DNA from: Octopus sinensis
Lineage: Eukaryota
Direction of reading: 5' to 3'
DNA length: 43,015 bases
NCBI RefSeq assembly: GCF_006345805.1
Contig: NW_021835354.1
Coordinates: 1-43,015, forward strand
Positions 35,976 to 43,015 of this stretch are shown here, piece by piece (position 1 is the stretch's first letter; each line of letters starts with the position of its first letter). The notes under the pieces are model-generated. The model saw nothing but the letters and a program-made list of their open reading frames with translations. It made no database searches and was not told the origin of the DNA. The translations under genes and the position numbers were made by a program.

Positions 35976-36175
35976 ATAAGATAGTGGTACAGCAATGCAC
36001 GAATATTTGCTGGAAATAGCAGTCGATAATATACGACGTTATAGTAAAACTTCACTGTGTATTTATACTGGCAAAACGTTATCGGGCGGCGAGCATAAAA
36101 AATTCCATCTTACCTGTAGGAAGAATATTAAATGAATGTACAACCCAACTGTGAATTGTTGTACCGCTATCTTAT
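35976..36175. mobile_element. 200 bp MITE-like element
   Basis: 25 bp terminal inverted repeats at 35976-36000 and 36151-36175 (22/25 match), with TA-rich flanks. Confidence 0.6.
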
Positions 36176-36258
36176 TTATACTTTAACCCGACGGTGATCT
36201 GTTTTACTGGGAAGCAATACTACTGTATTGCACTATTTAATAATCATATATATATATA

Positions 36259-36295
<37 letters not shown>

Positions 36296-36800
36296 GTGTG
36301 TATGTATGTATACACACACAGAGATATATATCGGGAAAAGTAATAAAAAGGGTTGAAAATGCATTAAAATTCGTATATATTAGAATAAATAAAGTTATAT
36401 TTTTTCATCGTAAGAGGTAAATGTTGCTATTATATATTGAAACATAAGGAAATAAAGATACAAAATTATGTTTTCAGATATCAAACGTTTACATAAAAAA
36501 GTTCTGCTGTAAAAATATTAGTGTATATTTTCACAAGTTGATTTTCACATGCAAACGCACACATGCACACGCACACACGCATACACATATACACATATGT
36601 GCACACACACGCACACACAAAAACGGTAGGGGAGAAAATCTTATTTTACGGAAAAGTTTTTCGAATCGAGATAAGCATTTTCGTAAACAAAATTTTCGAA
36701 TAAAATCATTTGCTGAATAAAATTTTAGTGCATGTTGTAACCAAACATATTTTGTTTAAATAAAAATGCAACAGATACACACACACACATATATACACAC

Positions 36801-36869
<69 letters not shown>

Positions 36870-37810
36870 TATGCTGTGTAGAAGCAGATAGGTGAAACTT
36901 GAAATTTGATATTCACAATAAATTTGACTGCAACGTTCGTATGGAGCCACACCATAAATGAATGCTATTTTAAGACCTCATTTGCATATACCGGATTTTT
37001 ATAATAAATCGTTTCATTTATGACGAAACATATTTGCATATTTATTTTTAATACGTTTCGGCAGGCTCAGACGCAAAATATGCTGATCTCTGTTGTGTGC
37101 GTCATAAGCGAATAACTTCCGCTTACGATGTCAGTGTGTTCAACAAACTCGGATCAGTGACGCACGGCATTCTAGGACACTGCAGTTTCGACGTACTTTG
37201 TTTCGTCAGTAAGAAGTAGCCGGAATTTACATATTAAACTTTTGTTTCACAAATAAATTCCACAAATCATATCATGTGGCCTTAATAGTTCGTAGATTTA
37301 TACAAGAGTTCCACAAACAAGGAGACCACTATATATGCAGTTTATATATTGAAGTGTAGAAGATAAAAACGTTTCTTAGTTCGGATTGACAAACAACCCC
37401 CAATGAAATCACTCAACTGCCAACTAGAACTTGCTGTGAGACATAGAGACATTCTCAACTGCTGACCAGAAGCTAAAAGACCCAAATATCCTGTTCGCAT
37501 GTCCATTCACTGCTGCTGTCCATCCCCAAAAGGGAACCCCTCAAATCTCCTGCTCCATCATCTGACACTACTTTCCCCTCACTTCCGGCTCAGCACTACT
37601 TTTCTTCCAGACAAATCCTTTATTTTAAGAAAATAATTAACCCGTCTGTTTCTCAAACGTATCTTGCAAAATCAGGTCTGGATTGAGACTCATAAAGGCC
37701 CTAGTAGTTTAAAGATTTTGGTATCCCCATATATATGTAATTGAAAATATGAACAAAAGTAATATGTATAAAAGTATAAATGTATTTATATAGGTATATA
37801 TATTTTTTTT

Positions 37811-38089
37811 ACGTGACCGACCAGACCATCAGATGTTGTTACATATCGCTGGTCACAATGCGTTCGCATTGTTTTAACCTTTGAATGACGCCACCCCGCT
37901 GGCTAAGCGAGCAGGCCAACAGAAGAAAGAGTGGGAGAAAGAGTACAGCAGGGATCACCCCCCCCCCTGTCGGAGCCTCGTGGGGGTTTTAGGTGTTTTC
38001 TCTCAACTCACAATGCTCGGTCTGGGAATCGAAACCGCGATCCTACGACGCGAGTTCGCTGCCCTAACCACTGGACCATTGCGCCTCCA
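37811..38089 (-). mobile_element. tRNA-derived SINE family E, full length
   Basis: Minus-strand head TGGAGGCGCAATGGTCCAGTGGTTAGGGCAGCG...GGTTTCGATTCCCAGACC. Confidence 0.88.
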
Positions 38090-38180
38090 GATATATATAT
38101 ATAAATATATATACATTTCTCTCTCACTCTCTTTCTCTCTCTCTCTCTTTCTCTCTCTCTCTCCCTCTCTCTCTCTCTCT

Positions 38181-38215
<35 letters not shown>

Positions 38216-38799
38216 CCGTTCATCTTATTAATGTTTGCAAGCTTAGTGTATTAATACATTGCATTCGGTTGCACCGTACAAGAGTCGTTTTTTGCGTGCT
38301 TTCGCTCTCTAATCGAATGTACTTAGGCGCGATTTCAGTGCGAACAATACACCACACACACACATATATTATATATACATATATATATATACATACATAT
38401 ATATAAATATATACATACAAATACATATACATATACACATATACGTACATATACATATAGATATATATGCATATACAATTATATATACACGTATACACAC
38501 ACACACGCATACACACATACACACACACTCATTTATATGTATAAGCAGTGATGTATTGTGTTTTATTGTATTAATAATATTGTTTAGAAGAGATATGGAG
38601 TGCACTGTTAATTCTAATTTTCTGTTTTGTACCTGTATGCACTGCATTCTTTGTTTTACACGCGTACACACAAACACGCACACACATACACACACAGAGA
38701 CACGCACACACACACACACGCACTACATACATTTGTACACACGCACCCTGGCGCACGTGCACATACATGTCTGTTTTGCGTCGTTATTTCCTGTGAACT

Positions 38800-38927
38800 T
38801 TCTTCTTCTTCTTCTTCTTCTTCTTCTACTTCTTCTTCTTCTTCTTTTCTTCTTCTTCTCTTCTTCTCCTTCTCCTCCTTTTCCTTCTCGTCATCATCAT
38901 CATCATAGTCGTCGTCGTCATCATCAC

Positions 38928-38963
<36 letters not shown>

Positions 38964-39085
38964 TTTTTGTCATCATCCTGATCGTTATCGATATTATCAT
39001 CATCATCTGTATTGTTACTACCGCTGAAGTTGTTGTTGCCGTCAGCTTTCCCCTCCTCCTCCTCCTCCTCATTATTATTAGTATT
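38800..39085. repeat. Compound triplet repeat (TTC)n(TCA)n(TTG)n(CCT)n(TTA)n
   Basis: Seen directly. Confidence 0.9.
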
Positions 39086-39288
39086 ATTAACAGGATTAAT
39101 ATCTTCATTAACACATTCAGTGAAAATAGTTAGAATATACATCAAGATTTTCCTACCTTGTATCAACAATTTGGTACGTTGCTCAACGCATGCGTGAGAG
39201 TGCGAAAGGTTGACGAGGATGTCCACGGTTAACGAAACTGTTTAGCATTAACAAATGGTTAACGTTAATAAAAATATTCAAAGAGAGT

Positions 39289-39515
39289 AAGGCGGCGAGC
39301 TGGCAGAGTGGTTAGCACGCCGGGCGATATGCTCAGTGGTATTTCGTCTGCCGTTACGTTCTGAGTTCAAATTCCGCCGAGGTCGACTTTAACTTTCAGC
39401 CTTTCGGGGTCGATAAATTAAGTTACATACGTCCTGGGGTCCCCTCGTTTATCCTAACTCTGTTGGCTCCCGCCCGATTAAAATTTCGGGTCCTTGTGCT
39501 TTACGAGTCGAAATC
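39289..39515 (+). mobile_element. Family B-type SINE
   Basis: AAGGCGGCGAGCTGGCAGAG head, GAGTTCAAATTCCGCCGAGGTCGAC core, rearranged tail. Confidence 0.85.
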
Positions 39516-39649
39516 GATAAAATTATTGCAAACATAATATTTGGGTTCGTGTCTTTTACTATAACCTTGGTTGGCTGATGTCCTTTGTGTGGAATTGTGT
39601 ATGATCCCGTAGTATATACATGTATATGTATACGTATATACATGCATAC

Positions 39650-39679
<30 letters not shown>

Positions 39680-39684
<5 letters not shown>

Positions 39685-39855
39685 CCACTACTTGAAAAAC
39701 AGTGTTGGTTTGTTTGCGTCTCCATAAATCAGTGGTTCGTTGAAAAGAAACCGACAGATTAATTAACAGACTTGTAATAAATACTGGGTTCTATTTGTTC
39801 GACTAAACTCTCCAAAGTCTTGCCCCAGCATGGCCGCAGTGCAATGACTGAAAGA
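39680..39855 (+). mobile_element. Old SINE family A 3' portion
   Basis: GTGGTTCGTTGAAAAGAAACCGACAGA...CCCCAGCATGGCCGCAGTGCAATGACTGAAA. Confidence 0.7.
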
Positions 39856-40384
39856 AGCGCGGTTCAAGATTCACAGGGGTTTAAATGCGCCTAACAATAG
39901 AAATATTCGGGTTTCAGAATAGAGTATAGATAGCGCTCAAGACATCTATACGGTTAAAGCGAGCTTGTGGAGCTTGGTAACATGCACCTAGTTTGATTCA
40001 AGATTTTCAGGGGTTTAAATGTGTCTAACAATAAGAATATTCGGGTTTCAGAATAGAGTATAGATAAGCCCCTAACCCCTAGGCCATGCGTCTTCATTAG
40101 AATAAACTTGGGAACAATAGTGGCTAAGCGGTTAAAGCGAGCATGTTTATCTTGGTAATATGTACCAAACTTCGAACTCACGACCTGATGGTCGGGAGCC
40201 TAATACCCTAACTACTGATCCACGTGTCTCTTCTAAGGGATGTAACACCTGTAGGGGTAGCAGGACTACACTAGGACCTCAGTTGGTACTTACTAGAGTT
40301 GATTCAACTGAAATAGCGTGAGCCCTTTCACAAATGAGTTAGAAAGCATCGAAGATGAAAGAATTGTGGAGAGTTAGGATTACA

Positions 40385-40542
40385 CAGCAGCTCAGCTGGT
40401 ACTCATTACTGTTGAGTAAACTGGAGCAATGTGAAGTGAAGCGCATTACTCAAGGCCACAGCTACCCTCTCGGTCCAGAAACCGAACGTGCAATCTTGCA
40501 ATTGTGAGAGGAACAACCTAAGCAATAAAGCCACGCGACTCC
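40385..40542 (-). mobile_element. Old tRNA-derived SINE fragment
   Basis: GTACTCATT...CTGGAGCAATGTGAAGTGAAG...CTCAAGG, with head TCGCGTGGC on the minus strand. Confidence 0.6.
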
Positions 40543-40691
40543 ACAGTATTTATGGCAAATAGTATTTATGTCCTGGGTGTAACATCAAAACTGCACCCGG
40601 TCATGGGGTCCTGGTTCGGGAGTCCAAGGGTTTCGAGAAGTGTGAAGCTAGATCTTAGCCACTATTGTCCCCAAGTCTATTCAAACGAAAA

Positions 40692-40925
40692 TGCATGGCT
40701 TAGTCGTTATGGTGTTGGACACATGATCGTAAGACTGTAGTTTCTAATCCTGGAGCTAGCCAACACGTCATGTTCTTGAGCAAAGCCCTTAATTTCACGC
40801 TGAGCTAGAAGTGAGTAAACCTGTAGCGGACTGGCGTCCCGTCCGGTTGGGGAATATACAACACAGAACCCCAGAAACCGACACTATAAATTTATATGAC
40901 TCGATAAGGGATTATACTTCTATCT
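40692..40925 (+). mobile_element. Old tRNA-derived SINE (family D-like)
   Basis: GCATGGCTTAGTCGTTATGGTG...TGTTCTTGAGCAAAGCCCTTAATTTCAC. Confidence 0.65.
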
Positions 40926-41420
40926 ACGTCTATTATAACCCGGAGTAGTTGCAACATTGCGGGTCCCAGCTATGAATAGCATGTAGCCATCCGAACCCAG
41001 AGTATGTTAAAATCATGCGGTGCAGCGTAGTGAATGTGAACTATTTCGACAAATAAACTTATTGAATCAATGGCGAATGTTATTAGCTGTTGGGCAGATG
41101 AACACACAGCAAGCTGTCAGCGGACAGGATCAATCAGCTGAGTTAGTGAATTACTGCTGTCATCTGAAGTCGCTGCTTGCGCAGATGAGATATTTCAACT
41201 AGCAAAAAACTGAAACCCATGACACACACCTCCATGCCGCATAGCTCGATCGAGATATCTGACGTAGATTAACCATAAGCTAGCGATGGCGTGCATCGGT
41301 TTAGATAGAAATAAAAGTAACTATGAAAGAATATCCATGCTGCAGTTGTTTAATGCTAAAGAATATGTAACAGAGGTTTCATATTCTGACACAAGGCCAG
41401 CAATTTCGCAGGAGACAGAT

Positions 41421-41887
41421 AAAAGTCGACCTCGGCGGAATTTGAACACAGAATGTAAAGACAGACGAAATACATATTTCTTTATTGCCCACAATGGGCT
41501 AAACACAGAGAGGACAAACAAGGACAGACAAACGATATTAGTCGATTATATCGACCCCAGTGCGTAACTGGTACTTAATTTATCGACCCGAAGGATGAAA
41601 GGCAAAGTGGACCTCGGCGAATTTGAACACAGAACGTAACGGAGAGGAGGAAATACCTATTTCTTTACTACCCACAAGGGGCTAAACACAGAGGGGACAA
41701 ACAAGGACAGACAAACGGATTAAGTCGATTACATTGACTCCAGTGCGTAACTGGTACCTAATTTATCGACCCCGAAAGGATGAAAGGCAAAGTCGACCTC
41801 GGCGGAATTTGAATTCAGAACGTAACGGCAGACGAAATAATGCTACGCATTTCGCCAGGAGTGCTACAGATTCTGCCAGCACGCCGT
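41421..41887 (-). mobile_element. SINE family B tandem array (partial, truncated and full copies)
   Basis: Units at 41421-41473, 41474-41656 and 41657-41887, with junctions at GAAATAC|(A/C)TATTTCTTTA. Confidence 0.9.
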
Positions 41888-41905
41888 CTTAAGAAAATGT
41901 GATAC

Positions 41906-42180
41906 TGGTTTCAAATTTTACCTCAAGGCCAGCAATTTCGAGGTAGGCGATTTAGTTGACTACATCGACCCGGTTTCAAATTTTACCACAGGGCCAGCAA
42001 TTTCGAGGTAGGAGATTTAGTTGACTACATCGACCACAGCGTGCAACTGGTGCTCATTTTTTTTACCCTGAAAGGGCTGAAAGGCGAAGTCAGCCTCAGC
42101 GGAATTTGAACTCAAAAAAGACGAACGAAATGCTGCTAAGCATTTCGTCCGGCGTGCTAATGATTCTGCCATCTCGCCGC
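41906..42180 (-). mobile_element. Family-B-related SINE with duplicated 65 bp tail segment
   Basis: GGTTTCAAATTTTACC...GACTACATCGACC at 41907-41970 and 41972-42035; head ends at 42180. Confidence 0.85.
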
Positions 42181-42737
42181 ATTAAGACTATGTAATATCG
42201 GAATGAAGAAAAAATTCCAATGGGGTTTAAAATATAGGGACAAATCTTAGAAGGAATTTTATGCCCTAGAATTAATAGCGAAGTTATTTTGTTTAGATAA
42301 CGCAGGAGAGTAGGAAAGTAACTAGCCAGGGGCAGTGATTTTTTTGAGCTATAAAATGAGAATAGCTACACACCCACACGTTTGTGAGTGTGTGTGTGTG
42401 TGTGTGTGTATGTGTGTCTGTGTTAGTGCGTATTTTCACATATAAATAGAGATCGCTTCACTGGGAAAAAAATCGGAAGGAAATTAACTATATGTAAAGA
42501 ATCTAGACTCCAAGAAGAAGATGATATAAATATAATAATAATAATATAATAATAATAATGATAATAATAATAATAATAATAACATTAATAAAAATGACAA
42601 CAAAAACAACAACAATAACGGTAATAATATACATACACATATGTATATGTGTATGTGTGTATAAATGTAGATATATGTATGCATATACATATATGTATAC
42701 ATACATATGTATATCTATATCTATCTATCTATCTATC

Positions 42738-42786
<49 letters not shown>

Positions 42787-42798
42787 ATATATATCTAA

Positions 42799-42869
<71 letters not shown>

Positions 42870-43015
42870 ATATATATATATGATATATATATATATATAT
42901 ATATACGTTATAGATGCAAATGCTCATATGCATAGTTGCATGCATTCTGTGCGTTTGAATGTGTAGGAGAGAAATAGGGAGAGAGAGAAGATATGGTGAG
43001 AGAATGATGGAAAGA

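Noticed and set aside
37050-37085. Minus-strand CTGAGCCTGCC-GAAAC-GTA
   Set aside because: The core is incomplete and there is no stem II.

Overview
AT-rich eukaryotic DNA saturated with microsatellites and transposable elements, most likely from an octopus (inferred from the SINE families and repeat style). I cannot support any host protein-coding exon: almost every entry in the ORF track is a translated microsatellite. Recognisable content: about 25 copies or fragments of at least five tRNA-derived SINE families, four R4/Dong-type non-LTR fragments tied to (TAA)n, one RTE 3' end, decayed DNA transposase fragments (Buster-type hAT, two Tc1/mariner, two Chapaev3-type), a Helitron fragment and MITE-like hairpins. 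The most interesting signal is a recurring ORF-less architecture of minimal type I hammerhead-ribozyme motifs (CYGANGA - stem II - GAAA - short palindromic stem III - NUH). Two look complete (21638-21741 minus, 27547-27594 plus). Four sequence-unrelated fold-back elements next to (TA)n carry the motif, or its 3' half, pointing outward in both arms, and several decayed copies also occur. This resembles Penelope-like-element pseudo-LTR or retrozyme-like mini-elements. All alignments were done by eye, with no database search. Phase slips in the TA tracts suggest that some indels could be assembly errors.
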